Shown here piece by piece: positions 16,791 to 32,424 of a stretch of DNA of 64,000 nt. Made by a program: the position numbers and the translations under genes. Every line of letters starts with the position of its first letter. Positions within the stretch are counted from its first letter, which is position 1. This DNA comes from Escherichia coli. Its GTDB lineage: Bacteria > Pseudomonadota > Gammaproteobacteria > Enterobacterales > Enterobacteriaceae. The stretch lies in the NCBI RefSeq assembly GCF_003018255.1, contig NZ_CP027440.1, one strand, 5' to 3'. The notes beneath the pieces are model-generated. The model was not told the DNA's origin. It saw nothing but the letters and a program-made list of their open reading frames with translations, and made no database searches.

Positions 16791-17381
16791 TCAGGATACG
16801 GTTAAGATACCGCCAATCATCGCGCGTAATCCCTGAGCAAACGACGCTTCACGTGCCAGATCTTCCGCTTCGATATCGGCCAGTACACCGTAGGTCAGAT
16901 CCAGCAGTAAACGTGAAGTCATTGCCGTGTTGATGTCTGGGCTTATCTCGCCTTTTTGCTGGGCATCACGCATCCGCTGGGCAACAAATTCCGTGATCGT
17001 CATATGCTTATTTTTAAGCATGGCGGCGACCTGTGGGTTACGCATCCCTTCCGCCATAATTTCGACCACCAGCGCCCGTTGTCCAAAGGCTTCATGGGTG
17101 AGAGATACAATGGACTCGACCATATAGTCAACGAAATGAATCCCTTCAATCGGTTCCCGGAAACGGGCCAGCGCCCTCTCCTGGTCCTGTAAGATAATCG
17201 CCTGAATCAAGGCTTCTTTGGAGATGAAATGGTGATAGAGCGTCCCGGGACTAATGGCGCAAGATTTACAGATGGCTTTCATCGAGGCACTGTGAAATCC
17301 ATTTTCTGAAAAAATCTCTCTGGCAGCATTGAGGATCCGGGTCCGTGTCGGTTGTGCTTCAGTCTGCATGTTATCCATCAT
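16791..17381 (-). CDS. uidR: TetR-family repressor of the uid operon
   Basis: 196 aa; N-terminal TetR HTH; adjacent to uidA. Confidence 0.9.
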   Translation of the reverse strand: MMDNMQTEAQPTRTRILNAAREIFSENGFHSASMKAICKSCAISPGTLYHHFISKEALIQAIILQDQERALARFREPIEGIHFVDYMVESIVSLTHEAFGQRALVVEIMAEGMRNPQVAAMLKNKHMTITEFVAQRMRDAQQKGEISPDINTAMTSRLLLDLTYGVLADIEAEDLAREASFAQGLRAMIGGILTVS

Positions 17382-17484
17382 TAAACCATTATAGTTAGCG
17401 TGAATAACTAGTTTACCGCGTTGTCAGGTGAGCGCCTATCATTGCTGTTGAATAGTGCGAAGGCACACTCTATTCGTATACTTT

Positions 17485-17498
17485 TCACTCGGAAATTG
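17485..17498. promoter_or_regulatory. perfect 14-bp palindrome, candidate UidR/UxuR operator upstream of uidR
   Basis: ATTGGTTAACCAAT in the uidR 5' region. Confidence 0.45.
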
Positions 17499-17601
17499 GT
17501 TAACCAATAGCCGTAATTTGGCTGCCAGTTATTTAGCTGAGACGTTGATGAGTTTATCCCGGTAAACAACACGCACGGTTGTTTACCGGTCCGTTAGTGT
17601 A

Positions 17602-18369
17602 TTAATTGAGCTCCTGTACCCCACCACCGGAGACGGTGAGAATTTGTCCGCTTACCCAGCTGGCTGCAGGCGAGCAAAGGAACAGCGCCGCGTTAGCAAT
17701 ATCTTGCGGTTGGCCCAGACGTCTGATCGGCGTGTGCTGTAACATTTTTTGTTCAATTTCTGGTGTAATAACGGATTTCAGGGCATCGGTTAATATTGCC
17801 CCCGGCGCAATGCCATTCACCCGAATATTTTTTTCACCCAGGTCAAACGCCATATTTCTGACCAGATGACTGGCCGCAGCTTTAGATGATGCATAAGAAG
17901 TCATGTTTATATTTTTATTTTCTGCCGCCATAGAAGTGATGGTCAGAATAACGCCACCGCCATTTTTTTCCATTTCTGGCGCAACAAGTTGTGACAGATG
18001 GAAAAAAGAAAACACATTCAGTTCATAAGCACGGCGAAAATCTGCCATTGGCATATCAAACGGTTTAGGACCACCGCCACCGGCGTTGTTAACCAGGATA
18101 TCAACTTTACCCAGCTTACTGACGGCAAAGTCTGCCAGTGCAGAGAGTTCCTGTTCGGAAGTAATATCACAACGGCAGGCAAATGCCTGACCACCCAGTT
18201 GTTGAATTTCATCAACAACATGGTTAGCTGCGTCGGCGTTAATATCACTGACCACCACAGATGCGCCAGCTGTCGCGAATGTAATGGCAATTTCTTTACC
18301 AATACCTGCACCGGCACCTGTGATGATGGCACATTTTCCGTCGAGTCTCAGGTTGTCAGAATTAAACAC
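17602..18369 (-). CDS. hdhA: 7-alpha-hydroxysteroid dehydrogenase (SDR)
   Basis: 255 aa; GAGAGIG Rossmann motif and SDR catalytic Y-x3-K; recognised HdhA. Confidence 0.92.
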   Translation of the reverse strand: MFNSDNLRLDGKCAIITGAGAGIGKEIAITFATAGASVVVSDINADAANHVVDEIQQLGGQAFACRCDITSEQELSALADFAVSKLGKVDILVNNAGGGGPKPFDMPMADFRRAYELNVFSFFHLSQLVAPEMEKNGGGVILTITSMAAENKNINMTSYASSKAAASHLVRNMAFDLGEKNIRVNGIAPGAILTDALKSVITPEIEQKMLQHTPIRRLGQPQDIANAALFLCSPAASWVSGQILTVSGGGVQELN

Positions 18370-18392
18370 ATAAACCTCCTGTGAACTTCAGT

Positions 18393-18419
18393 AAAAATAA
18401 AAGGCACCGCCTGTGTGCC
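18393..18419 (-). terminator. candidate rho-independent terminator after malI
   Basis: Minus strand GGCAC-ACAGGCG-GTGCC hairpin followed by UUUUAUUUUU. Confidence 0.5.
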
Positions 18420-18480
18420 ACATTTTTTATCATTAACCTTGAGGAAAGGACACTACCAGGTATAGCAGATAAAGAGAGGA

Positions 18481-21282
<2,802 letters not shown>

Positions 21283-21291
21283 GGATAAGAT

Positions 21292-22464
21292 ATGTTCGAT
21301 TTTTCAAAGGTCGTGGATCGTCATGGCACATGGTGTACGCAGTGGGATTATGTCGCTGACCGTTTCGGCACTGCTGACCTGTTACCGTTCACGATTTCAG
21401 ACATGGATTTTGCCACTGCCCCCTGCATTATCGAGGCGCTGAATCAGCGCCTGATGCACGGCGTGTTTGGCTACAGCCGCTGGAAAAACGATGAGTTTCT
21501 CGCGGCTATTGCCCACTGGTTTTCCACCCAGCATTACACCGCCATCGATCCTCAGTCGGTGGTGTATGGCCCTTCTGTTATCTATATGGTTTCAGAACTG
21601 ATTCGTCAGTGGTCTGAAACAGGTGAAGGCGTGGTGATCCACACACCCGCCTATGACGCATTTTACAAGGCCATTGAAGGTAACCAGCGCACAGTAATGC
21701 CCGTCGCTTTAGAGAAGCGGGCTGACGGCTGGTTTTGCGATATGGGCAAGCTGGAAGCCGTGTTGGCGAAACCAGAATGTAAAATTATGCTCCTGTGTAG
21801 CCCACAGAATCCTACCGGGAAAGTGTGGACGTGCGATGAACTGGAGATCATGGCTGACCTGTGCGAGCGTCATGGTGTGCGGGTTATTTCCGATGAAATC
21901 CATATGGATATGGTTTGGGGCGAGCAGCCGCATATTCCCTGGAGTAATGTGGCGCGCGGAGACTGGGCATTGCTAACGTCGGGATCGAAAAGTTTCAATA
22001 TTCCCGCCCTGACCGGTGCTTACGGGATTATAGAAAATAGCAGCAGCCGTGATGCCTATTTATCGGCACTGAAAGGGCGTGATGGCCTTTCTTCCCCTTC
22101 AGTACTGGCGTTAACTGCCCATATCGCCGCCTATCAGCAAGGCGCGCCGTGGCTGGATGCCTTACGCGTCTATCTGAAAGATAACCTGACGTATATTGCA
22201 GATAAAATGAACGCCGCGTTCCCTGAACTCAACTGGCAGATCCCGCAATCCACTTATCTGGCCTGGCTTGATCTACGTCCATTGAACATTGACGACAACG
22301 CGTTGCAAAAAGCGCTTATCGAGCAAGAAAAGGTCGCGATCATGCCGGGATATACCTACGGTGAAGAAGGTCGTGGTTTTGTCCGACTCAATGCCGGGTG
22401 CCCGCGTTCGAAACTGGAAAAAGGTGTGGCTGGATTAATTAACGCCATCCGCGCTGTTCGTTAA
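21292..22464 (+). CDS. malY: PLP-dependent cystathionine beta-lyase / MalT regulation modulator MalY
   Basis: 390 aa; 9 bp after malX. Confidence 0.92.
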   Translation: MFDFSKVVDRHGTWCTQWDYVADRFGTADLLPFTISDMDFATAPCIIEALNQRLMHGVFGYSRWKNDEFLAAIAHWFSTQHYTAIDPQSVVYGPSVIYMVSELIRQWSETGEGVVIHTPAYDAFYKAIEGNQRTVMPVALEKRADGWFCDMGKLEAVLAKPECKIMLLCSPQNPTGKVWTCDELEIMADLCERHGVRVISDEIHMDMVWGEQPHIPWSNVARGDWALLTSGSKSFNIPALTGAYGIIENSSSRDAYLSALKGRDGLSSPSVLALTAHIAAYQQGAPWLDALRVYLKDNLTYIADKMNAAFPELNWQIPQSTYLAWLDLRPLNIDDNALQKALIEQEKVAIMPGYTYGEEGRGFVRLNAGCPRSKLEKGVAGLINAIRAVR

Positions 22465-22470
22465 CCCCAA

Positions 22471-22512
22471 TTGCGCAACGTAAAAAATCGTTGCGCAATC
22501 GTGGATTTTTAC
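22471..22512 (+). terminator. rho-independent terminator after malY
   Basis: TTGCGCAACG-TAAAAAAT-CGTTGCGCAA 10-bp stem, then TCGTGGATTTTTA. Confidence 0.6.
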
Positions 22513-22567
22513 CCTGCTTTGTTTTTATAATGGTGCGCACTTTTATATCCAGAAAAAGAGTGCGACC

Positions 22568-23569
22568 ATGATTGATACCACCCTGCCATTAACTGATATC
22601 CATCGCCACCTTGATGGCAACATTCGTCCCCAGACCATTCTTGAACTTGGCCGCCAGTATAATATCTCGCTTCCTGCACAATCCCTGGAAACACTGATTC
22701 CCCACGTTCAGGTCATTGCCAACGAACCCGATCTGGTGAGCTTTCTGACTAAACTTGACTGGGGCGTTAAAGTTCTCGCCTCTCTTGATGCCTGCCGCCG
22801 CGTGGCATTTGAAAACATTGAAGATGCAGCCCGTAACGGCCTGCACTATGTCGAGCTGCGTTTTTCACCGGGCTACATGGCAATGGCACATCAGCTGCCT
22901 GTAGCGGGTGTTGTCGAAGCGGTGATCGATGGCGTACGTGAAGGTTGCCGCACCTTTGGTGTGCAGGCGAAGCTTATCGGCATTATGAGCCGGACCTTCG
23001 GTGAAGCCGCCTGTCAGCAAGAACTGGAGGCCTTTTTAGCCCACCGTGACCAGATTACCGCACTTGATTTAGCCGGTGATGAACTTGGTTTCCCGGGAAG
23101 TCTGTTCCTTTCTCACTTCAACCGCGCGCGTGATGCGGGCTGGCATATTACCGTCCATGCAGGCGAAGCTGCCGGGCCGGAAAGCATCTGGCAGGCGATT
23201 CGTGAACTGGGGGCGGAACGTATTGGACATGGCGTAAAAGCCATTGAAGATCGGGCGCTGATGGATTTTCTCGCCGAGCAGGAAATTGGTATTGAATCCT
23301 GTCTGACCTCCAATATTCAGACCAGCACCGTGGCAGAGCTGGCGGCACATCCGCTGAAAACGTTCCTTGAGCATGGCATTCGTGCCAGCATTAACACGGA
23401 CGATCCCGGCGTACAGGGAGTGGATATCATTCACGAATATACCGTTGCCGCGCCGGCTGCTGGGTTATCCCGCGAGCAAATCCGCCAGGCGCAGATTAAT
23501 GGTCTGGAAATGGCTTTCCTCAGCGCAGAGGAAAAACGCGCACTGCGAGAAAAAGTCGCCGCGAAGTAA
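22568..23569 (+). CDS. add: adenosine deaminase
   Basis: 333 aa; metal-binding HxH motif near N-terminus (DIHRHLDG); recognised Add. Confidence 0.93.
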   Translation: MIDTTLPLTDIHRHLDGNIRPQTILELGRQYNISLPAQSLETLIPHVQVIANEPDLVSFLTKLDWGVKVLASLDACRRVAFENIEDAARNGLHYVELRFSPGYMAMAHQLPVAGVVEAVIDGVREGCRTFGVQAKLIGIMSRTFGEAACQQELEAFLAHRDQITALDLAGDELGFPGSLFLSHFNRARDAGWHITVHAGEAAGPESIWQAIRELGAERIGHGVKAIEDRALMDFLAEQEIGIESCLTSNIQTSTVAELAAHPLKTFLEHGIRASINTDDPGVQGVDIIHEYTVAAPAAGLSREQIRQAQINGLEMAFLSAEEKRALREKVAAK

Positions 23570-23576
23570 CAAAAAT

Positions 23577-23606
23577 GGATGGTGCTAATTGCACCATCCC
23601 CTTTTC
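23577..23606 (+). terminator. terminator hairpin between convergent add and ydgJ
   Basis: GGATGGTGC-TAATT-GCACCATCC 9-bp stem followed by CCTTTT; overlaps the ydgJ stop. Confidence 0.6.
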
Positions 23607-24645
23607 ACGCAAGGCACAAAGTCGCGCGATGTTTGGCGGATTCGATGCCCAGCTCAATCAACTCCATTACCTGGATTGCCTGACTTGCCGGAACCGGATT
23701 TTCACCATCGCCATTTAACGCATCACGAATAGCCGCATAGTAAGCCGGATAATTCCCTGGTACTGTCAACAGCGTTTCTTCGACACGTTCCTCACCTTCC
23801 ACGCGGGTAAGTACGCCATCACGCATATCGTAGCCCCAGTCTTCCTGCGGCAGACGCTCGCCATTTTTCAGACGTTCTTCCTGTGGATCGAGGCCATATT
23901 TCACATAACTGCCTCGGGATCCATGCACGATATAACGTGCTGAATCAGCGGCTGCCAGCATGGTGCCGTGTAAAATGACTCGCCGCTGCGGATAGGACAA
24001 GATGGCGTGGAAATAATCAGTCGACTGCGCTCCGGGCCGTAACTGTGCCAAATCTACCGTCATGCTAACCGGTAAACCAAATAGCGTAATGGCCTGATCA
24101 AGAAGATGCGGTGCTAAATCGTACCAGATACCGCTGCCAGGGCCGCCCTGTTCACGCCAACGATCGCGCACCTGCGGACGGAAGCGGTCAAAATGAGACT
24201 CAAAGTAAGCAACTTCCCCCAGCACGCCTTCCGTGAGCAAACCTTTTAGCGTCAGGAAATCGCTATCCCAGCGACGGTTATGGAATACAGACAGCACACG
24301 CCCCAGGCTTTTTGCCAGCGCTTCCAGCTCTCGCGCTTGTGACAGTGTCACGGTAAAGGGTTTATCAACGACCACATGTTTACCCGCCTCAAGCGCCGCT
24401 TTGGCTAACGGGAAATGGGTATCGTTGGGTGTAGGGATGACAATCAGGTCTATGTTGGGATCGTTAAACAGATGCTTCGGCTCAGAGACAACCGTAACCG
24501 TTGGCCAGTCGGCTTTTACTTTTGTTTCATCGCTGCTGGATATTACCGCCAGTTCCAGCCCGGGCGTGCCCGCAATCAGGGGCGCATGGAAGGTTTTGCT
24601 CGCATAACCATACCCAATCAACCCAACACGGATGTTGTCGCTCAT
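23605..24645 (-). CDS. ydgJ: Gfo/Idh/MocA-family oxidoreductase, 346 aa from ATG at 24645
   Basis: ORF 23605..24684; N-terminal Rossmann fold GLIGYGYASKTFH. Confidence 0.85.
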   Translation of the reverse strand: MSDNIRVGLIGYGYASKTFHAPLIAGTPGLELAVISSSDETKVKADWPTVTVVSEPKHLFNDPNIDLIVIPTPNDTHFPLAKAALEAGKHVVVDKPFTVTLSQARELEALAKSLGRVLSVFHNRRWDSDFLTLKGLLTEGVLGEVAYFESHFDRFRPQVRDRWREQGGPGSGIWYDLAPHLLDQAITLFGLPVSMTVDLAQLRPGAQSTDYFHAILSYPQRRVILHGTMLAAADSARYIVHGSRGSYVKYGLDPQEERLKNGERLPQEDWGYDMRDGVLTRVEGEERVEETLLTVPGNYPAYYAAIRDALNGDGENPVPASQAIQVMELIELGIESAKHRATLCLA

Positions 24646-24887
24646 GTCATTGCCTCTCATTGAAGTATGATGGCTATTTGACACTATCCTTTACCCTCGC
24701 TCAACAGTTTAATAACCTGCCAGCAATAAGGGATGTTGTTTAACTTAAGTCAAAAAAATAGCGAATTTTCCAACGACAAAAGCTAAATATCGCAAAAACC
24801 TCAGTAAAAATCTTGCTGGAGCTATTATTGCTAAGTAACATTTACCCCCTGAAGTTAATGGATCAATCAACAGAGATGTGGGCTGTA

Positions 24888-25013
24888 ATGAATCGTCTTA
24901 TTGAATTAACAGGTTGGATCGTTCTTGTCGTTTCAGTCATTCTTCTTGGCGTGGCGAGTCACATTGACAACTATCAGCCACCTGAACAGAGTACTACGGT
25001 ACAACACAAGTAA
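24888..25013 (+). CDS. blr: small membrane protein Blr (41 aa)
   Basis: MNRLIELTGWIVLVVSVILLGVASHIDNYQPPEQS... single TM; lies inside the 66-aa ORF 24813..25013. Confidence 0.8.
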   Translation: MNRLIELTGWIVLVVSVILLGVASHIDNYQPPEQSTTVQHK

Positions 25014-25285
25014 GCTCTGCGCTTGTAGAGCGACATGCTGGCCGACCGGGTGCATGTTTTAACTTGTCGGATATTAAACCAGGAATTTATTATCTTGTTC
25101 GATGTTGTTGGTGATTGTCAGAGATAGTAAAGCGCGTTACTCTTTTCAGAGCAGTTTTTCATCCCTGAATATTTGCCATCAGCGCATTCTTATTATTGTA
25201 ATAACACAAGCGTTCACTTTTGGTGAAATTTTATCATCACTAATAATACCTACCCCTTTGGTATTAATTATTTTATGGACCTTTT

Positions 25286-25501
25286 ATGACTGTTCAGGAC
25301 TACTTATTAAAATTTCGCAAAATCAGTTCACTCGAAAGTTTGGAAAAACTCTACGACCATCTTAATTACACCCTGACGGACGATCAGGAACTGATCAATA
25401 TGTATCGTGCTGCCGATCACCGTCGCGCAGAGCTGGTTTCTGGCGGGCGTTTGTTTGACCTCGGCCAGGTACCGAAGTCCGTCTGGCACTATGTCCAATA
25501 A
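25286..25501 (+). CDS. cnu: Hha-family H-NS-binding modulator Cnu (YdgT)
   Basis: 71 aa; recognised Cnu sequence. Confidence 0.92.
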
Positions 25502-25586
25502 AGAAAGTAGCGATCGGTTATAAAAGCCTTATAATAACGCCCCTAAAATTAGATTTGCCTGTTTGCGTCGCTATTCTGGAGAACCT

Positions 25587-26027
25587 ATGACCACCACAAC
25601 GCCACAACGTATTGGAGGCTGGTTGCTTGGCCCATTGGCCTGGCTTTTAGTCGCTCTGTTAAGTACGACGCTGGCGTTGTTGCTGTATACCGCTGCGTTA
25701 TCTTCTCCGCAAACATTTCAAACGCTCGGCGAACAAGCACTGACGACACAAATCTTATGGGGCGTTTCTTTTATTACCGCTATCGCCATGTGGTATTACA
25801 CACTGTGGTTGACCATCGCTTTCTTTAAACGTCGGCGTTGTGTTCCTAAACACTATATTATCTGGCTGCTTATTTCCGTATTGCTGGCAGTAAAAGCGTT
25901 CGCTTTTTCACCCGTGGAAGATGGCATAGCCGTTCGCCAGTTACTGTTTACTTTGTTGGCAACCGCATTGATCGTCCCCTATTTTAAACGCTCGTCGCGG
26001 GTGAAAGCGACGTTTGTGAATCCGTAA
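25587..26027 (+). CDS. ydgK: inner membrane protein YdgK, 146 aa from ATG at 25587
   Basis: ORF 25563..26027; four predicted TM segments; upstream of rsxA. Confidence 0.8.
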   Translation: MTTTTPQRIGGWLLGPLAWLLVALLSTTLALLLYTAALSSPQTFQTLGEQALTTQILWGVSFITAIAMWYYTLWLTIAFFKRRRCVPKHYIIWLLISVLLAVKAFAFSPVEDGIAVRQLLFTLLATALIVPYFKRSSRVKATFVNP

Positions 26028-26103
26028 TAACCTTACAGTTAACCTGTTGTCGCCTGCTCTGGATTAACGGATAATAGGCGGCTTTTTTATTTCAGGCCGA
26101 AAA

Positions 26104-26684
26104 ATGACTGACTACCTGTTACTGTTTGTCGGAACTGTACTGGTCAATAACTTTGTACTGGTCAAGTTTCTCGGTCTCTGTCCGTTTATGGGGGTTTCCA
26201 AAAAGCTGGAAACCGCGATGGGCATGGGGCTGGCAACAACGTTTGTGATGACGCTGGCGTCTATTTGCGCCTGGCTTATCGATACGTGGATTTTGATCCC
26301 ACTTAATCTGATTTACCTGCGCACCCTGGCATTTATTCTGGTGATTGCTGTGGTCGTGCAGTTCACCGAGATGGTGGTGCGCAAAACCAGCCCGGTGCTT
26401 TACCGTCTGCTGGGGATTTTTTTGCCGCTTATCACCACCAACTGTGCAGTGCTCGGCGTGGCGTTGCTGAATATCAATCTCGGGCACAATTTCTTGCAGT
26501 CGGCGCTGTACGGTTTTTCCGCCGCTGTCGGTTTTTCGCTGGTGATGGTTCTCTTCGCAGCTATCCGCGAACGCCTTGCTGTGGCTGATGTCCCGGCACC
26601 TTTTCGCGGTAATGCCATTGCGTTAATTACCGCAGGTCTTATGTCTCTGGCCTTTATGGGCTTTAGTGGTTTGGTGAAGTTGTA

Positions 26685-26685
<1 letters not shown>
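26104..26685 (+). CDS. rsxA: Rsx/Rnf complex subunit A
   Basis: 193 aa polytopic membrane protein; first gene of the rsxABCDGE cluster. Confidence 0.92.
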
Positions 26686-29382
<2,697 letters not shown>

Positions 29383-30440
29383 ATGGTATTCAGAATAGCT
29401 AGCTCCCCTTATACCCATAACCAGCGCCAGACATCGCGTATTATGCTGTTGGTGTTGCTCGCAGCCGTGCCAGGAATCGCAGCGCAACTGTGGTTTTTTG
29501 GTTGGGGTACTCTCGTTCAGATCCTGTTGGCGTCGGTCAGTGCTCTGTTAGCCGAAGCTCTCGTACTCAAACTACGCAAGCAGTCGGTAGCCGCAACGTT
29601 GAAAGATAACTCAGCATTGCTGACAGGCTTATTGCTGGCGGTAAGTATTCCCCCCTCGCGCCATGGTGGATGGTCGTGCTGGGTACGGTGTTTGCGGTGA
29701 TCATCGCTAAACAGTTGTATGGCGGTCTGGGGCAAAACCCGTTTAATCCGGCAATGATTGGTTATGTGGTCTTACTGATCTCCTTCCCAGTGCAGATGAC
29801 CAGCTGGTTACCGCCACATGACATTGCGGTCAACATCCCTGGTTTTATCGACGCCATACAGGTTATTTTCAGCGGACATACCGCCAGTGGTGGTGATATG
29901 AACACACTACGCTTAGGTATTGATGGCATTAGTCAGGCGACACCGCTGGATACATTTAAAACCTCTGTGCGTGCCGGTCATTCGGTTGAACAGATTATGC
30001 AATATCCGATCTACAGCGGTATTCTGGCGGGCGCTGGTTGGCAATGGGTAAATCTCGCCTGGCTGGCTGGCGGCGTGTGGTTGCTATGGCAGAAAGCGAT
30101 TCGCTGGCATATTCCCCTCAGCTTCTTAGTAACGCTGGCGTTATGCGCAACGTTGGGCTGGTTGTTCTCACCAGAAACACTGGCATCACCGCAAATTCAT
30201 CTGCTGTCTGGTGCGACTATGCTCGGCGCATTCTTTATTTTGACTGACCCGGTTACTGCTTCTACGACCAATCGTGGTCGTCTTATTTTCGGCGCGCTGG
30301 CGGGTATATTAGTCTGGTTGATCCGCAGTTTCGGCGGCTATCCTGACGGCGTGGCTTTTGCCGTCCTGCTGGCGAACATCACGGTTCCTCTGATCGATTA
30401 CTACACGCGTCCGCGCGTCTACGGCCATCGCAAAGGGTAA
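29383..30440 (+). pseudogene. rsxD: rsxD (Rsx/Rnf subunit D) interrupted by an apparent -1 frameshift; fragments 29383..29700 and 29670..30440
   Basis: Two ORFs in different frames are colinear with one RnfD-type protein; the frame switch maps to a C6 run at 29650-29655. Confidence 0.8.
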
Positions 30441-30443
30441 ACC

Positions 30444-31064
30444 ATGCTGAAAACTATCCGAAAACACGGCATTACACTGGCACTATTTGCAGCGGGTTCT
30501 ACAGGGTTAACTGCGGCCATCAACCAGATGACCAAAACGACAATTGCTGAACAGGCCAGTCTGCAACAAAAGGCGTTATTTGATCAGGTGCTGCCAGCCG
30601 AACGCTATAACAATGCGCTGGCACAGAGTTGCTATCTGGTCACTGCGCCAGAGTTAGGTAAAGGTGAGCATCGGGTTTACATCGCCAAACAGGATGACAA
30701 ACCGGTAGCCGCCGTTCTGGAAGCAACCGCGCCAGATGGCTATTCTGGTGCGATTCAGCTGCTGGTGGGAGCCGATTTTAACGGCACGGTACTAGGCACG
30801 CGCGTGACAGAGCACCACGAAACGCCAGGGCTTGGCGATAAAATCGAACTGCGCCTTTCTGACTGGATCACCCATTTTGCGGGTAAAAAAATCAGTGGTG
30901 CGGATGATGCGCACTGGGCGGTGAAGAAAGATGGTGGTGATTTCGACCAGTTCACCGGCGCGACGATTACTCCCCGCGCGGTGGTAAATGCGGTAAAACG
31001 CGCCGGATTGTACGCTCAGACGTTACCGGCACAACTTTCTCAACTTCCTGCCTGTGGAGAATAA
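30444..31064 (+). CDS. rsxG: Rsx/Rnf complex subunit G (FMN-binding)
   Basis: 206 aa; N-terminal TM; operon position. Confidence 0.9.
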   Translation: MLKTIRKHGITLALFAAGSTGLTAAINQMTKTTIAEQASLQQKALFDQVLPAERYNNALAQSCYLVTAPELGKGEHRVYIAKQDDKPVAAVLEATAPDGYSGAIQLLVGADFNGTVLGTRVTEHHETPGLGDKIELRLSDWITHFAGKKISGADDAHWAVKKDGGDFDQFTGATITPRAVVNAVKRAGLYAQTLPAQLSQLPACGE

Positions 31065-31067
31065 AGC

Positions 31068-31763
31068 ATGAGCGAAATTAAAGACGTTATTGTTCAGGGG
31101 TTGTGGAAAAACAACTCTGCGCTGGTCCAGTTGCTCGGCCTTTGTCCGCTGCTGGCGGTCACGTCCACTGCCACCAACGCCCTGGGTTTAGGACTTGCGA
31201 CTACGCTGGTACTGACGCTGACCAACTTGACCATTTCGACGCTGCGTCACTGGACGCCAGCCGAGATCCGCATTCCCATTTACGTGATGATCATCGCCTC
31301 GGTGGTCAGCGCTGTCCAGATGCTGATCAACGCCTACGCCTTTGGCCTGTATCAATCATTAGGGATTTTTATTCCGCTGATTGTCACTAACTGTATCGTT
31401 GTGGGCCGCGCTGAAGCCTTCGCCGCCAAAAAAGGTCCGGCGCTTTCGGCACTGGACGGTTTTTCAATTGGTATGGGCGCAACCTGCGCCATGTTCGTGC
31501 TGGGTTCACTACGCGAAATTATCGGCAATGGCACGTTGTTTGACGGTGCAGATGCGCTGTTAGGTAGCTGGGCAAAAGTATTACGCGTGGAAATTTTCCA
31601 CACCGACTCCCCTTTCCTGCTGGCGATGCTGCCACCAGGTGCATTTATTGGCCTGGGACTGATGCTGGCAGGAAAATACCTGATTGATGAAAGAATGAAA
31701 AAGCGCCGTGCTGAAGCAACTGCCGAACGTGCATTGCCAAACGGTGAAACAGGGAATGTCTGA
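31068..31763 (+). CDS. rsxE: Rsx/Rnf complex subunit E
   Basis: 231 aa polytopic membrane protein, paralogous to rsxA. Confidence 0.9.
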   Translation: MSEIKDVIVQGLWKNNSALVQLLGLCPLLAVTSTATNALGLGLATTLVLTLTNLTISTLRHWTPAEIRIPIYVMIIASVVSAVQMLINAYAFGLYQSLGIFIPLIVTNCIVVGRAEAFAAKKGPALSALDGFSIGMGATCAMFVLGSLREIIGNGTLFDGADALLGSWAKVLRVEIFHTDSPFLLAMLPPGAFIGLGLMLAGKYLIDERMKKRRAEATAERALPNGETGNV

Positions 31764-32398
31764 TGAACAAAGCAAAACGCCTGGAGATCCTCACTCGCCT
31801 GCGTGAGAACAATCCTCATCCCACCACCGAGCTTAATTTCAGTTCGCCTTTTGAATTGCTGATTGCCGTACTGCTTTCCGCTCAGGCGACCGATGTCAGT
31901 GTTAATAAGGCGACGGCGAAACTCTACCCGGTGGCTAATAAACCTGCAGCGATGCTTGAACTGGGCGTCGAAGGGGTGAAAACCTATATCAAAACCATTG
32001 GGCTTTATAACAGCAAAGCAGAAAATATCATCAAAACCTGCCGTATCTTACTGGAACAACATAATGGCGAGGTTCCGGAAGATCGTGCTGCGCTTGAAGC
32101 CCTACCTGGCGTAGGTCGTAAAACAGCCAACGTCGTATTAAACACTGCATTCGGCTGGCCGACTATTGCTGTCGATACGCACATTTTCCGCGTTTGTAAT
32201 CGTACTCAATTTGCGCCGGGGAAAAACGTCGAACAGGTAGAAGAAAAGCTACTGAAAGTGGTTCCGGCAGAGTTTAAAGTCGACTGCCACCATTGGTTGA
32301 TCCTGCACGGGCGTTATACCTGCATTGCCCGCAAGCCCCGCTGTGGCTCTTGTATTATTGAAGATCTTTGTGAATACAAAGAGAAAGTTGACATCTAA
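31763..32398 (+). CDS. nth: endonuclease III (DNA glycosylase/AP lyase)
   Basis: 211 aa; HhH motif and C-terminal Cx6CxxCx5C Fe-S cluster; 1-nt overlap with rsxE stop. Confidence 0.93.
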   Translation: MNKAKRLEILTRLRENNPHPTTELNFSSPFELLIAVLLSAQATDVSVNKATAKLYPVANKPAAMLELGVEGVKTYIKTIGLYNSKAENIIKTCRILLEQHNGEVPEDRAALEALPGVGRKTANVVLNTAFGWPTIAVDTHIFRVCNRTQFAPGKNVEQVEEKLLKVVPAEFKVDCHHWLILHGRYTCIARKPRCGSCIIEDLCEYKEKVDI

Positions 32399-32404
32399 TG
32401 ATAA

Positions 32405-32424
32405 GGGGTAACACCGATTACCCC
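32405..32424 (+). terminator. candidate hairpin after nth
   Basis: GGGGTAA-CACCGA-TTACCCC 7-bp stem 7 nt after the nth stop, T-rich downstream but no immediate U-run. Confidence 0.35.

Noticed and set aside
25102-25365. 87-aa plus-strand ORF overlapping the cnu start
   Set aside because: Out of frame with and overlapping the well-supported cnu gene; AT-rich low-complexity translation.
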